Origin: Azolla caroliniana
Lineage: Eukaryota > Plantae > Polypodiophyta
Direction of reading: 5' to 3'
Assembly: GCA_043228905.1 (NCBI GenBank)
Contig: JBHGNT010000016.1
Coordinates: 4,526,001 to 4,590,000 of the forward strand
DNA: 64,000 nt
Numbering within the stretch: the first letter of the stretch is position 1; each line of letters starts with the position of its first letter. Of this stretch, positions 24,401 to 35,722 are shown piece by piece. The position numbers and the translations under genes are program-made. The notes under the pieces are model-generated. The model saw nothing but the letters and a program-made list of their open reading frames with translations. It was not told the DNA's origin and did no database searches.

Positions 24401-27060
24401 ATATAAAGTGCATGGGAAACCTGAAAAGGGGCCACACTCCACCAGATGATGTTCCTGAGTGGGAGTATGGCAAGCAAGTCATTGACATCCGGGAATACAT
24501 CCATAAGCGAGTAATAGAGGATAATCGATGGAGTGCGACCACTATAACAAACTGGAGTAATTATCTGACCCAAGTGTGGAATTGTATTTGTGAAGCAGAT
24601 TTTGATCTAAGCTTCAGAACAGCAATGGAACGGATTGCTTATGACGAGCTTCAAAAGAATATGGCAAAAGGACCACGACTCAAACTAAGCAAGAAATTCA
24701 TGGAAGAGTTCGAAAAAGTAGAGAGGGATATAAGGTCGAAGAATTTAGGCAAGGAAAGCAGGTCGGCCCGTGCTATAGTCTTTGACAGCAATGTGACTGC
24801 GATGAAAGAAGGTCTGACGATGGATGTGCAACGTATGCTCGACACTAAAATGTGGAGAAAATGGAAATCCGAAGAACTGAGCAAGTGGGACTCATTTTGC
24901 TTGTCTTTACAGAATGACTACAAACATAGGCTCGCGGATTTCATGAATGGGGTGTTCGAGTTCGAAAACGAGGTGAGCAAGTATGAGCGGAAGATGAAGA
25001 ATGAGATCGTAGAGCTCATCGACCAAGGGAAGTTGGATTCGGACAAAAGAGATGGAGTTTTCAGTGGTATCTTCACTCGGATCCTGAATGAGGCTATGAA
25101 AGAGCATCAACCGTTTGCATACAGAGTTCCAAGTTCGGTGTGGAATCAATATGACATCTCTGGGATCACGAGAATGTTTCAGCTCCCTTCTCATATATCT
25201 CCAATACATAGTTTTCCAACCCTATCCCAAGTTCTTCCTGTTGATCCCAAGTATGAGCGGAAGATGAAGAATGAGATCGTAGAACTCATTGACCGAGGGA
25301 AGTTGGATACAGACAAAAGAGATAAAATTTTCAGTGGTATCTTCACTCAGATTGTGGATGTGGATGTGGACGTGGAATATGATGAACCGTTTGCAGACGG
25401 AGTTCCCATTTCTACAGAGAATCAATATGGCATATCCAGAATCATTTCTCATAAATCCCAAGTTCGCCCCGTTGATGTCAATGATAGACCTCCTATGCAA
25501 CGATTCGGAAGCTGGATGCACTCGGACAATGTTAGACAAGATAGAACTGAACAACGGCAACAACAAATGATGTGGAGGAAATTAGACGATATTGTGGTTT
25601 CCAATGTCCAGAAGTTGAAGAAGTATGACGATATGATCGTGATGAACGTCATACAATCAACTACCAAGGTGCTTCAAGACTATAATTCAAGAGATGTTGA
25701 GAAAAAAGGTCATCGTTTCGTCATGGATAATCTCATCAAAAGGCTGCAAGAGAAGCAAATGGAGTGGGACAAGAAACACAATGTTGCCGAGAGGCTGAGA
25801 GAAGCAGAGCCCCGGCTTCGTGGCTTTTTCGAAGACTATGCGAATGGGGTGGGAGCCGCGGACATGGTCATTTCAGAGCTCAAACGCCTGCTTGAAGCCC
25901 AGCTACAAGATGCACACCATGAGCTCCTTGTGAGGGTGGTTGTCGACAACTTAGCAAATAAGAATTGGATGATCGATCCAGAAGCGATGAAGGCTTGCTT
26001 AGACTTGCATCTATTAATCCTTATGAAAAAGGAGATGTTCTATCCTCTTTTCACATATGCGAGTAGGGGGGATACACACTTCCAACATGTCACGGATGCT
26101 CTAATTGGCCATGAATGTGAGCGCTTGTACGAGACGGAATGGAAAGCATTCATTCGGAAGGTCACGCGATGCTTGCAGGATGCGGCCGAGAAGGCGAGCC
26201 GAAGAAGAAGCGATGATGAGGTGTTGAATAAAAAGACGCCTTCCAAGTTTGTGGAAGTTTTCATGGATGAGCTGAAGCACATGTTGCGAGACAGCGGGGT
26301 GGACCATTCGGCTAATCTTGCGGCATCGATGTCGTCGCAAATATGTCGGGACCAATACGCGGATTTGGATGTGCAAGTGTTCTCCAAGAAGGTGCCCGAG
26401 CTGTGCAAGAGCCTAGAGCAGGAATTTGGCGAAAAAGTTGTGGTCGAAGCCGCCAATGCGGCAAGCAAGACAGGCGGGGGCGGGGGCGGGGGCGGATGGA
26501 CAAGGAAGGTGAGGGTGGAGGAATTGGTAGGGAAAGTGAGGGAGAGAATGCAGGAGCTGAGGGACGAGCGTGTGACGATGCGATGCAAGGAGAAATGTCC
26601 GATGTGTGGAATCACATGCATGCAGGCTGCAGGACATGGTGGGTGCCATGACACGGTGCATCAACCGCAGGGCCTGACAGGCCGTGTCTGGGAAGGGACC
26701 GGCTCTTTGGCTGAACCGTCTTGCTGGAGAAGCCTTGAAGCAGGCGACGGGATTATCAAGCGCAATGGCCGGCGGGTCGATTTCAAAGACTTCGACCTGG
26801 AGTTCCCCACTTGGTGCAACCCTTCTAACCGTAGCCCCGATTCCATACGTGTCCGGGAGTACATCTTCTTTAACTATCAGCCCCACCTTGTAGCCCACTT
26901 CAAACACTCGTCTTCCCGTAATGTTCTCGAGTGTCCCCCCCACAAGATGCCCAAGGAATACGACCATTCCAGGGTCTCCCTCTGGAACGCCATCCGCAAC
27001 AAATTGGGGGACACCTTCGCTCAGATCGAGCCTATCCTCAGCACTATCCACCTATCATAA
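21478..27060 (+). CDS. VLIG/GVIN1-URGCP-like very large GTPase, copy 3, exon 3 (GTPase and C-terminal Cys/His domain), intact
   Basis: Acceptor ggcAG at 21476-21477, in frame with the uninterrupted 1849-codon ORF. G1 GLQSSGKS (23743-23766), G2 SAGRCTRG, G3 LLDTEGIRSPE (DTEG at 23887-23898), DNRLATF; C-terminal RCKEKCPMCGITC..GH..CHDTVHQPQGL. These match VLIG-type family motifs. Confidence 0.9.
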   Translation, partial: LRVAHPVISKLLDVNANFQRDVMASKLAATTRSRSRIPHLPEKMSLPQLLEKLRKLVPTESAATCNQAAALIKAYIRCFDPSQEPNHGLKAIGYYGFNMSTGNVLVPLNIPQLHSLISELEKITLDCPPDGRHQLNEAGSRASSYPVAEDFIHACHQKYSTWQTWTGKDLESRPTDTASSSSVAGNPLLRYAWDVVNDRPFLPSGPPASMNEQAKRLLDCLKHRVDILPHLSRIRGALSMAATDDSSWSDEEEEELDEEEYVQVSPLDLIIHLLRISDLPTQVAVYTLLLEQRAAIPLVHVSTSPPGTSSLANLQHHVQALSFVDAKLPRENKVIIVNDTKLPRVVFASKKRVSESRAAIVASKTLCCNFMSQYNRKEMDESPVVEVGLGFLRPGQLQAGQDQGPLPCLAFHINGLLHKHAWLMEFVNNVADVIVLELESHEDMKTSGTLSGQGIEILQWIDDRQEHQDKKKKLIAGGESYIVSTTEKFLRHFLRGKLLPFLNQTSNQGRRKTLGEICIYHFHPSDPDLCSFKKQEEVLSALDFASLKQGFSLQESFNKESRMQFELLKFKHNPAETRKKQNDCSDEKKRRAGLVLDAMNNPLIHQVFHLILTIPDATSRRAGMMWLDRAIAEKMRLLMKDAEMKKDKALKEWEMDFSNTKLKGRHLLMKQSYVDQSLGIVTMWRELCHIFAVTSIRKLATLAALHLLDAFPLEILDGDAGMFCAEWVKTVLAELDTLTSRELKRPAKIFVLSIMGLQSSGKSTLLNLMFGTQLHVSAGRCTRGVYLQVVKSERPEYDYVLLLDTEGIRSPEFHGLDESQIRDNRLATFGLLPADASIFMISNEDDSGLKEVLPMVLLAFKGSRIAENYGNTIRSKMVFVYRSVDTNDQTRLRQNKQKLREHLRRAAMQVEEMGLNRKQPTTSTAASSSRDNVDRNGFNLDGDDEDSVMAATASGIFQSMFSEGTHIDEDDSKSDIKCMGNLKRGHTPPDDVPEWEYGKQVIDIREYIHKRVIEDNRWSATTITNWSNYLTQVWNCICEADFDLSFRTAMERIAYDELQKNMAKGPRLKLSKKFMEEFEKVERDIRSKNLGKESRSARAIVFDSNVTAMKEGLTMDVQRMLDTKMWRKWKSEELSKWDSFCLSLQNDYKHRLADFMNGVFEFENEVSKYERKMKNEIVELIDQGKLDSDKRDGVFSGIFTRILNEAMKEHQPFAYRVPSSVWNQYDISGITRMFQLPSHISPIHSFPTLSQVLPVDPKYERKMKNEIVELIDRGKLDTDKRDKIFSGIFTQIVDVDVDVEYDEPFADGVPISTENQYGISRIISHKSQVRPVDVNDRPPMQRFGSWMHSDNVRQDRTEQRQQQMMWRKLDDIVVSNVQKLKKYDDMIVMNVIQSTTKVLQDYNSRDVEKKGHRFVMDNLIKRLQEKQMEWDKKHNVAERLREAEPRLRGFFEDYANGVGAADMVISELKRLLEAQLQDAHHELLVRVVVDNLANKNWMIDPEAMKACLDLHLLILMKKEMFYPLFTYASRGDTHFQHVTDALIGHECERLYETEWKAFIRKVTRCLQDAAEKASRRRSDDEVLNKKTPSKFVEVFMDELKHMLRDSGVDHSANLAASMSSQICRDQYADLDVQVFSKKVPELCKSLEQEFGEKVVVEAANAASKTGGGGGGGGWTRKVRVEELVGKVRERMQELRDERVTMRCKEKCPMCGITCMQAAGHGGCHDTVHQPQGLTGRVWEGTGSLAEPSCWRSLEAGDGIIKRNGRRVDFKDFDLEFPTWCNPSNRSPDSIRVREYIFFNYQPHLVAHFKHSSSRNVLECPPHKMPKEYDHSRVSLWNAIRNKLGDTFAQIEPILSTIHLS

Positions 27061-27596
27061 ATTCCTATCCTCAACACTATCCACCCCCACGCGCGCGCGC
27101 ACGCTTCCAATAAAATATCCGGCACACTCGTGAGTATAAGTGGTGAATCCGCATTATAAAGTGCCTTTCGTTTCTTATCGGTCGTATTTATCTTCCATTT
27201 CCCTTGATCCACTGCAATGTAAACATTTTCACATTCTCGCATGCATCCACCTCCAACTTCTTTTTATACTTCCAACAATCTCGTTTTTACTTTATTATTT
27301 TGTAAAGATTTTGAAAAATAAATAATGATGCGGTTGTGTTATCATTGGTTTGCATCATGTATGCCTTTTCTCCTCATAATTTTTTCTTTAAAGGGTAGAA
27401 GGTTTGTGCCACTCTCATTTGCTCTTTCGTAATGGGGTTGTATCCTTCACGTAAGCAATACTTTTAATCAACCCACTAATTAAGTGAATTAATTAAGCTC
27501 CGAAAAGACAAATTGTTATTCTTGTGCATTAACAGATGACATTAGTATTGGAGGAAAGCAAGGATAGAATGTGTGAATTCGGTTCAAATTGTCCAG

Positions 27597-27722
27597 ATTA
27601 GTACTAGAGAGAGAGGAGAGAGAGACTACTATTATCAGGATTAGTACTAGAGATAGAGAGGAGAGACAAAGACCTCTGTCAGGATTCGTACTAGAGAGAG
27701 AGGAGAGAGAGAGAGACTGTGA
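27597..27722. repeat. Short tandem repeat, about 45-bp GA-rich unit x3
   Basis: GATTAGTACTAGAGAGAGAGGAGAGA.. repeated three times next to the LINE 3' end. Confidence 0.7.
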
Positions 27723-27749
27723 GAGAATCACAAGAGAAAGAAAAGGAGT

Positions 27750-29612
27750 GATAGATAGATTATATTATCGTCTTCGGAGGTCAAATATGACGAATGAGAC
27801 TAAAAATATTACATTTCACATGATACGTGTGAAAGTGAGTTGCGACTCCCGATGTTCAAGAACTTTACCAATGAATGTTGTAATCGAGAGTGCACATTGT
27901 GGTTGTGAGAGAAATTTGTGCAAGGATTGGGCTTGGTCGAAGAGATGTGGAAAGCATGGTCGAATATGATCAAAGGCAGAGGGCATTGTATCAAAGTGTG
28001 ATACTCAAACTCTCGAACTTGTTTAGGGCAAAGTGTACATAGCCAGCCACTCTCATCACTTGTGCCCCAACGCTCGGTCTCACATCGCAATGCATGTGAG
28101 CTAAGTCGCATGGAAGCAATGGTTTGAATGGTAGATAACGGGATAGGCGCTAACATGTATCGATGTGTATGGTTTCCCCGTTCCGTGAAGAATATGGTTT
28201 TGTAGTTAGCTGCAATATGTGTAGTATAATGTGTGAAGCGTGAGCCTCTACATTTGTCCCATGTCATGATACATTGGCGTTGCTAAAATGATACATTGGC
28301 GTTGCTAAAAGGCCTCATTTACAGAGGAATCTTGTGATGCATCATGAAGCAAGTGTCTTACATCCCATCTACCAAACCATTTTTCTATATCTTGCATCCA
28401 ACCAAAACACAAATTTAATGCTTTTATGTCTCTTTTGGATCTTTTTGCTTGCTTCCCATGCAATTCTAGGAAGTCGATATGAGGGACTTTTTTGAACCTT
28501 AAGCATGTATTCAACAACCCTTTCCATGGCCATGATCTCAATGGGAAGCGATCCTGTCTCAAGGAGGAGGAGGGTGTAGGGCGTTTGTTTCTTAACTTGT
28601 AGAAACTTTGTAAGAAAATATTTTTGGACATTTTTAAACTCTTTCCATGTAGATTTAGGGATGTTACTGCCCCATACTTCCACCCCATAGAGAAAACTCA
28701 GTGTCACCAAAGTGTCGAAAAGATATTTCTTGAGGACCCAACACTTGATATCTGCAAGATTGCATGTGTTCTCAAATGCATAGTATGCTCGCTTACCCGC
28801 CTCTAAGCGTAGTGTAGCACATTCATTCCATCTATGATTTGAAGGAACTTCAAGGCCAAGATATTTGAAGCTTTCAACACATTCAAGTGGCTCATTGTTG
28901 TACATAATGCATGGTTTATCTCTTTTTTGGCTCTTCACAAGCATAATCTTTGTTTTAGAGCTATTTACATAATTTAGTATGCATGCAAATTTTTTCCAAT
29001 GTCTTCATAAGCTTTTATGCATCTCCTAGTATTTGCAAAAAGCACTACATCATCTACATTAGCAAAATCATAATCACAACATTCCCAATGGCAATTTCTT
29101 CAACACATTCTTCCTTTACAAACTTGGTAACCATTTCTTCCAATTCATCAATGCATAGACCAAGTAGTGTCGGTGAGAGTGGGCATCCTTACTTAACACC
29201 AATAGTGCTATTGAAAAAATCTGAAAGTCTATCTCTCATACGCACACAACATATAACCTTCTCATATATTCGGGTAATTGCAAGCATATATTCACTTGGC
29301 ACCTCAAGTTCTTCCATTCACCTCCAAAGATGCTCACGAGGTACCATATCAAAAGCTTTCTTGAAGTCTACAAAGCAACAATATAAACCTTTACCTCTAA
29401 GGCGACTTTCCTCAATTATTACTCGAAGGGTGAGAAGGTCATCAATGGTGCTTTGGTGTTTTCGAAATCCAGCTTGTCCATAAGCTCTCCAACCATTTTT
29501 TCCAGCCCATAAACTTATCTTTGATTCCATTATACATCCAAATAGTTTGCCATTAATGAGCCAACCGTGATGGTTCAATAGTTGTTTACATTATTTACAT
29601 CCCCACCTTTTA
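27750..29612 (-). mobile_element. RTE/RTEX-like non-LTR retrotransposon (LINE), 5'-truncated, degenerate copy A
   Basis: RT motifs QAGFRK, FVDFKKAFD, FKYLG and C-terminal LRCE..RW..LCTLC..EYHTLIQC. Ends in a (TATC)n tail at about 27750-27760. Close homolog of 48302-50053 in opposite orientation; stops and frameshifts present. Confidence 0.88.
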
Positions 29613-31779
29613 TGTTGAAAGGAAGTATATTATATGAAGGAAGTACAAGGATTAGAACAACTAAGGTGCGTAAGATTGGCGTTGGTTGAACCGAATTGGT
29701 TGCGAATAGTACAATATGTCCCTATTTATAGGGTCTTCAGAAGTATTCCTGAAGTTTCTAGAATGTTCTAGAATATTAGAGTATTCGTGAGTTTTCCGAA
29801 ATGAAATAATATTTTATGTATTACAATAGTTATTCTAGTATTATAAGGTTATGGGTTCAATTCTTTTTTGAGGCCATATTATGATAGTGGTGAAGTAATG
29901 GCCAAAACAAGAAGATAAAGGAGAGGTGGTCCAACTCCACTCTCACACTCACTCTCACCAATCGACCACAACATATCTTTAAATAAATTTTTTTTATATA
30001 TGTGGAACTATTAACAATACTTCACGTAAAACATGCTCAATTGGAAACAAAATCTGGTTGTATTAATAGATAGGAATTTACACCTCTTGAATTGTCTGTA
30101 TCTTGCCATGAAATATCAATGGTACATTTTGATATACATAATATTAATCATGCCTTTTGATACGCATGATGAGACCTTATTAATGTGCATGAATGACAAA
30201 GTATAGAGATCTCAAACATCCAAATAGCTTAGGTAATGCATTTCTTTTGAGCATGCAAAAGCATAAATAGGTCATTATCTTAAGGAACTAAACTTAAACT
30301 AGCTGCTTGTTGATGATAGTTTGCAAATTGCCATACTAATAATTGGGTGCTCCATACCAGCAATAGCATAAATAGATCATTATTTTCAAGGAACTAAAGT
30401 ATTCTAGAAGGTAAAGTTGGGTTACTTGCTCATGGTAGTTTGTGGTACTAGTAATTGGGTGCTCAAATATGAGTCTTCTTGCTTTGGTTAACATAAATTG
30501 ATGGATTACAAAAATGCCATCATGAAAATATGGTCTTGCCTCCACGTAAAGATAGACCATATTTGCATCAACATTGATAAAATCAAAGTGCTATTCTAAG
30601 TAATCAAAGTGCGATGGATTTGGAAGATAAAATACTCACTCAAGGTTGAAATTTAACAATATCAAAGGTTTATGTGTATTGATATATGTCCACCCAAGCC
30701 TCTATATATTAGCCTGAATTTTCCATGCTTGAGCAACGTTGAATGGGAGTGATTCATAATAACCAATGTGCAATTGGCAAGATGAGGGCTTGCTATATTT
30801 ATACACCATCCTTCACATCAATCTCATTTATCCTGCATTCCTCTTACATGGAAACTTGTATTCTTCACGCACCTCATAATTTGGTAAATCTTTCCATCAA
30901 TTATTGATTAAATAGGTACCAAATAAACTCCAACAATGCTCTTCAAACATAACCAATTGTGTCATTGGGAAATCAGATTTGAGAATATTGTATTTACCAT
31001 TTTACTATTCTCTATTAAATAACGTTGTATTTGACTTGGCAATTTTGACCATTTTGCTTGATCATTTCTCCACCATTGTCTTGAAATCCTCTAATTTCTC
31101 CAATACTTTCACTTCATAAATAATATAAACTATAATTACAATAATTATGTCACAAAAATTATTAGCGTAGGTGCTTTTGTTCTTTGTCGTAACAAACACA
31201 TACATGAGGGAGTGAATTGGTGTAGGAAGCAAACTGGTGGAAGGACCAGCCGTCTTATCACGCGGAACCATGAATCATGTACATTATAAAACAGTTTCGA
31301 ATTTTTTAGGCCAGTTCTCGGGAGTGGTCAGATCAAGCTCTAGACACAAGGCTACCACTTGAAAAACTAAAGATGATACCAATAACCGCAAATATTAAAA
31401 ATGGTGCTGGGTTTCCTTTAGTTCCTTGATGATGACCAAATAAGTCTCTGGAACTGATGTAAACAATGAACCAATCAGACAAAGTCTGAGCAGTCTTGCA
31501 AGAAGATCCATGACTTAAAATTACACGCATGCATATTTGTATGTGTGTATACATAAATATACATCCCCAGTGCATGACATGTATACACTCGCACTGTTTT
31601 GCTGCATCCAGGGTTAATCTTGATATGCTCATAAAATGCAATATATCTTATCATCCTCATGCTTGACACATTTTACTCTCATCGAGATGGGAATAGTTTT
31701 CAGCATCTCCTTTATAGATTCTGAAATTAAAGCCTGACCCATCCACTTTACTAGCAAACTTCAATAATAATGTTCCCTA

Positions 31780-33264
31780 TTATCTCATTTCATGGATCTC
31801 TTGCATTTCAGTTCCGTGGTGCCACTTCTGAACATCTGCATAGACATTTGACATCAAGATGAACACTCTTGCATCGTCCACTTTCAATTTTACAGCATGC
31901 TCGAAAGCCTTTCGGCAAAGCTCTACATCTCCCCACTTCTGGCACGCAGCTAAGAGATTACTCCATGTCACGTAATTTGGTGGATAAGGCATCTCTTCCA
32001 TCATTGCCACGGCCTCATTGAGCAATCCCAAACGGCCCAGAAGGTCCATCATGCAATTGTAATGCTTAATATTTGGAACGATTCCATACTTGCTATACAT
32101 GTTCCGGAAGTATCTGCGGGCCTTCTCTAGAAACCCACCATGACAGCACACATTGAGAACAACAAGAAGTGTTATGTCATCGGGGCGTACACCTTGTTTC
32201 CCCATTTTCTCAAACGAATCGAAAAGAAGTTCAAACTGCCCTTGATGAGCATAGCCAGTGATCAATGCGTTCCACGTTATAACACTTTTCATGTGCCATT
32301 TGTCAAATATATGCTCTGCATCAGCCATGTTACCACATTTCCCATACATGTCGATGAGAGCAGTTCCCAAAGCACCCTCATCACAACTAGCTATCCTGTG
32401 GATTTGAGCATGTATTTTCACCCCGACCTTTATTGCTGCTCGATTTGTACATGCTTTCAGAACATTGAGATAAGTCACAGGATTTGGTAGCAAGCCTTGT
32501 TCTTGCATCTGCGTGTATTGTTTGAATGCAAGATCATACTCTCCATGTTCGGCATAGGCCAAGAGTACAGCATTCCATAAGATCACATCTGGAGATATAC
32601 CGGCCAATTGCATCTGTTCCAAAGCCTTAGAAGCTTTCTCTCTGAATCCTCTTTGTGCATAGCCTGTGATAAGAGCAGTCCAACATACAACATCTTGTTC
32701 TGGTAGGGAATCGAACACATCCTGTGCTTCGACTTCACAACCGCACTTGCCATACATGTCTACCAACACACTCACAAGGAATGAGTCTTGTTCGAAACCT
32801 TCCATGGCAATGGAAGCATGAAGGGATTGGCCTCTTTCGAGGCATTTCATCTTGGCACAAGCTTTCAACAAGGAAACATAGGTGTATCTACTAGGGTAGA
32901 TGGAAACCTTTTCCATTTGGTTATACAAGAGGAAGGCAGCGTGAGGGTTACCTTGATGAATAACACCACCGATGAGGGAGGTCCATGTGTGTTCATTCCA
33001 AACAGGATATCGTCGGAAGATCTGGTGAGCGAAATCGAGCCCACCGCAGTCCACAAACATGGGGACGATAAGGTTTCTTATCAGATCCCGAGATTCCACG
33101 CCGCAATTGCAAGTGACGGCATAGGCACGATTCGCGAACGCAAGGTTTCTGGCCTTCCTGCAATCGAGCAAGAGTGTGGAGAAGTTATCGAGGGACGGAA
33201 CGAGGTCTGGTGCCCGGGAGAGGGAGGCTAATGCCTCCTCTGTCTTCATGAGCTCCCAAGCCAT
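31780..33264 (-). CDS. PLS-class pentatricopeptide repeat protein with E domain (likely organellar RNA-editing factor), no DYW domain
   Basis: Intronless 494-aa ORF with repeated LVDMYGKCG/ALIDMYGKCG, WTALITGYAQ, WNALITGYAH, HYNCMMDLLGRLG, and E motif TWSNLLAACQKWG...FILMSNVYA. Confidence 0.93.
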   Translation of the reverse strand: MAWELMKTEEALASLSRAPDLVPSLDNFSTLLLDCRKARNLAFANRAYAVTCNCGVESRDLIRNLIVPMFVDCGGLDFAHQIFRRYPVWNEHTWTSLIGGVIHQGNPHAAFLLYNQMEKVSIYPSRYTYVSLLKACAKMKCLERGQSLHASIAMEGFEQDSFLVSVLVDMYGKCGCEVEAQDVFDSLPEQDVVCWTALITGYAQRGFREKASKALEQMQLAGISPDVILWNAVLLAYAEHGEYDLAFKQYTQMQEQGLLPNPVTYLNVLKACTNRAAIKVGVKIHAQIHRIASCDEGALGTALIDMYGKCGNMADAEHIFDKWHMKSVITWNALITGYAHQGQFELLFDSFEKMGKQGVRPDDITLLVVLNVCCHGGFLEKARRYFRNMYSKYGIVPNIKHYNCMMDLLGRLGLLNEAVAMMEEMPYPPNYVTWSNLLAACQKWGDVELCRKAFEHAVKLKVDDARVFILMSNVYADVQKWHHGTEMQEIHEMR

Positions 33265-33313
33265 CTCTCTCCTGCTCTGCCTCCTCTTGATTTTGTTTTA
33301 AGAGGGCTCACCT

Positions 33314-33471
33314 CTCCTCTGTTCTAGTGAGGATTGAAGAAGAGAGGTCTGTATGGATGAACATGTGATTCGTATTGGATTCTCCTCTGCTCTAGTGAGG
33401 ATTGATTAAGAGAGGTCTGTATGGATGAACATGTGATTCATATTGGATTCTCCTCTGTTCTAGTGAGGATT
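33314..33471. repeat. Tandem repeat, 68-bp unit x2.3, upstream of the PPR start
   Basis: CTCCTCTG.TCTAGTGAGGATT starts at 33314, 33382 and 33450. Confidence 0.9.
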
Positions 33472-35005
33472 CAATAAAAGAGTTCATTTCCATGTCTCAA
33501 ATATGTTTCCCATTTCGATCATCCCAAACATTTGCCCATTTGCTGTCCGTCTCTGCATTTTATGCCAGTCTTTGGTCACAACAAATGTGACATCTAAATC
33601 GATCTTCTGTATAATTATGGAGTTTAATGGTTTGTTATGGATATTTCATGCCATGGTTCTAATTCTTGATAACGTTTTCCAATCCTTGATCGTTTTCATA
33701 GCTTTTGGTCATCGCAAACAACAAAGTATGTCTTAACGTTCCATCTCTCTCTAGTTATTGTGACTTAATGATCGACTACTTGGTATGGTATTTTCTCTAA
33801 TGATGTTATTGTAGAAACAATATTTATCATGCACCACTAGGTTTGATGATCCTACATTTAAGAAAGTTACCCCTATTTTGCATGTCGAACATACGTCACT
33901 CCATGACTTGGGTGATGATGCCATGATACTACCTCGATGCCTAATTTCAGTAACCAAGTTTGAAAAAGTGTTAAGGCTCATTGGGTGCCAAGACTCATGG
34001 GGGTAGTGAGATGCGCTTGGATTCATTCTACCATTTTTATCTTGTATTGGATCCAACATTAAGCATTAGTTACATGAATCCATGTTAATAATAGATATAA
34101 ATTTAACTAAGAACATATTAACATGCTTTCGCACAATCTTAATAAAGACATTGTTCGTTTTGTGTCAAAATGTTTATTTTATTAATTGGTTACCTCATTA
34201 AAGGAAATATAACTTTATTTGATAAGTTTATTGCTAATCAAAATGTCATGACATCCAAAAATTATGTGCTCTTTATCCATATCCAAAAGTTCACCTACCT
34301 TTAGTTGTGTTATAAGGTAGAGTTCTTCATACATAGTCACCTTCTATGTGTGATTTTGTTAAGGGAACGTGGATGTACAAGTGTTAGAAATTCGAACATA
34401 TGCCATAAACATAACAAAGTTTAGATATCTTAAGTCCTCTATGAAACTTAAGAAAGTAATACATGTCATTCACCACACACTAGTCATATACCATAAACAT
34501 AGAGATAAAATCCACACTTATTTTCAATTTTTTCTTTACATTCTTGATGAACATCTCAATGAACATTCCACAACTAGATCCATTCATTTTGAAAATTCAG
34601 GCTCATGTGAGACAAACAACAAATTCGTATTTCATTGTCACCCAAGCACAACCAAATACTAGCAACTCAACAAAATTCATTCAGAAGCAAATCTCAACCA
34701 ACCTTCACGTTGATGGGATTTTTTGACATACGTTTGTTTCAGGATGCAAGTCAAAAGTGATGTTAAACATTGAATGCGGAGGTTTTGATGCAACGAAAGT
34801 GTATAAAGGCCAAAACTTGGTGCCAACCTTTTTAGGCTAACGACGAGAAACAAGGGCAACACACATAGTTGTGGCAAGAGATGAGTCGGTGGGAGCATGG
34901 ACTCTCTCTCTAGAGAAGATTGCTACATCATCAATCGTTGGGTTGAGAGTCGGCCGATATTGGAAGAAAACCAATACCCTTGGGCTCGAGCCGCGGCTTC
35001 TCGAG

Positions 35006-35166
35006 GCCTCATGGACACACAGGGGACACTCCCAATTTCAGACCAATATTTGGCCTTCATAACTAACTTAAAATGTGTGGCTTGGAGCCTCATGGACACA
35101 GGGGACACTCCCAATTTCGGACCAATATTTGGCACTCCTTCCTAACTAACTTAACATGTGTGGCTT
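35006..35166. repeat. Tandem repeat, about 81-bp unit x2, in the HPPR promoter
   Basis: GCCTCATGGACACA..GGGGACACTCCCAATTTC.GACCAATATTTGGC...TAACTAACTTAA.ATGTGTGGCTT at 35006 and 35087. Confidence 0.85.
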
Positions 35167-35232
35167 TAGATCACTCACTCACTGTTCTCTCTCTCTCTCT
35201 CTCTGTCTGCCTTTCTGCCAGAGCGAGCTGCC

Positions 35233-35673
35233 ATGGCCTCCTCCCCTGCTCCAGGCGTTCTGCTCACCAGGCCCATGGTGGACACCATGCTTCCATCCCT
35301 TGAGAAGAGCTTCACCGTCTTCAAGCTCTGGGAGGTGGACAACAAAGACGTGCCTTCGTTCGTCGCCACTCACGCCCCGTCCATCCGTGCCATCGTCGGC
35401 AACACAGAGGTGGGTGCCAGCTCCGATCTCATCCAATCTCTCCCGGCCCTCGAGATTGTCTCCACGTTTAGCGTGGGACTTGATAAGATCGATCTCCCCT
35501 TGTGTGCCCAACGCGGCATTGCGGTCACATACACCCCCGACGTGCTCACTGAATGTACGGCGGACACTGCCCTAGCCCTCATGTTGGCCACCATGCGACG
35601 CATCCCGGCCGCCGATCGATTCGTCCGCCAGGGTCGATGGCCCCGAGAAGGGCCCTTCATACTCACTACACGG
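35233..35673 (+). CDS. HPPR: Hydroxyphenylpyruvate reductase / glyoxylate-hydroxypyruvate reductase (D-2-hydroxyacid dehydrogenase), exon 1
   Basis: IRAIVGN...LPALEIVSTFSVGLDKIDL...VTYTPDVLTECTADTALALMLATMRRI is typical of plant HPPR/HPR2. Donor CGG|GTATGT, phase 0, followed by a (GTAT)n microsatellite. Confidence 0.9.
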
Positions 35674-35690
35674 GTATGTATGTATGTATG

Positions 35691-35722
<32 letters not shown>

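Noticed and set aside
29613-31700. AT-rich stretch starting TGTTG at the LINE A 5' end, possibly an LTR or decayed transposon
   Set aside because: I could not identify a matching end, TSD or protein motif.
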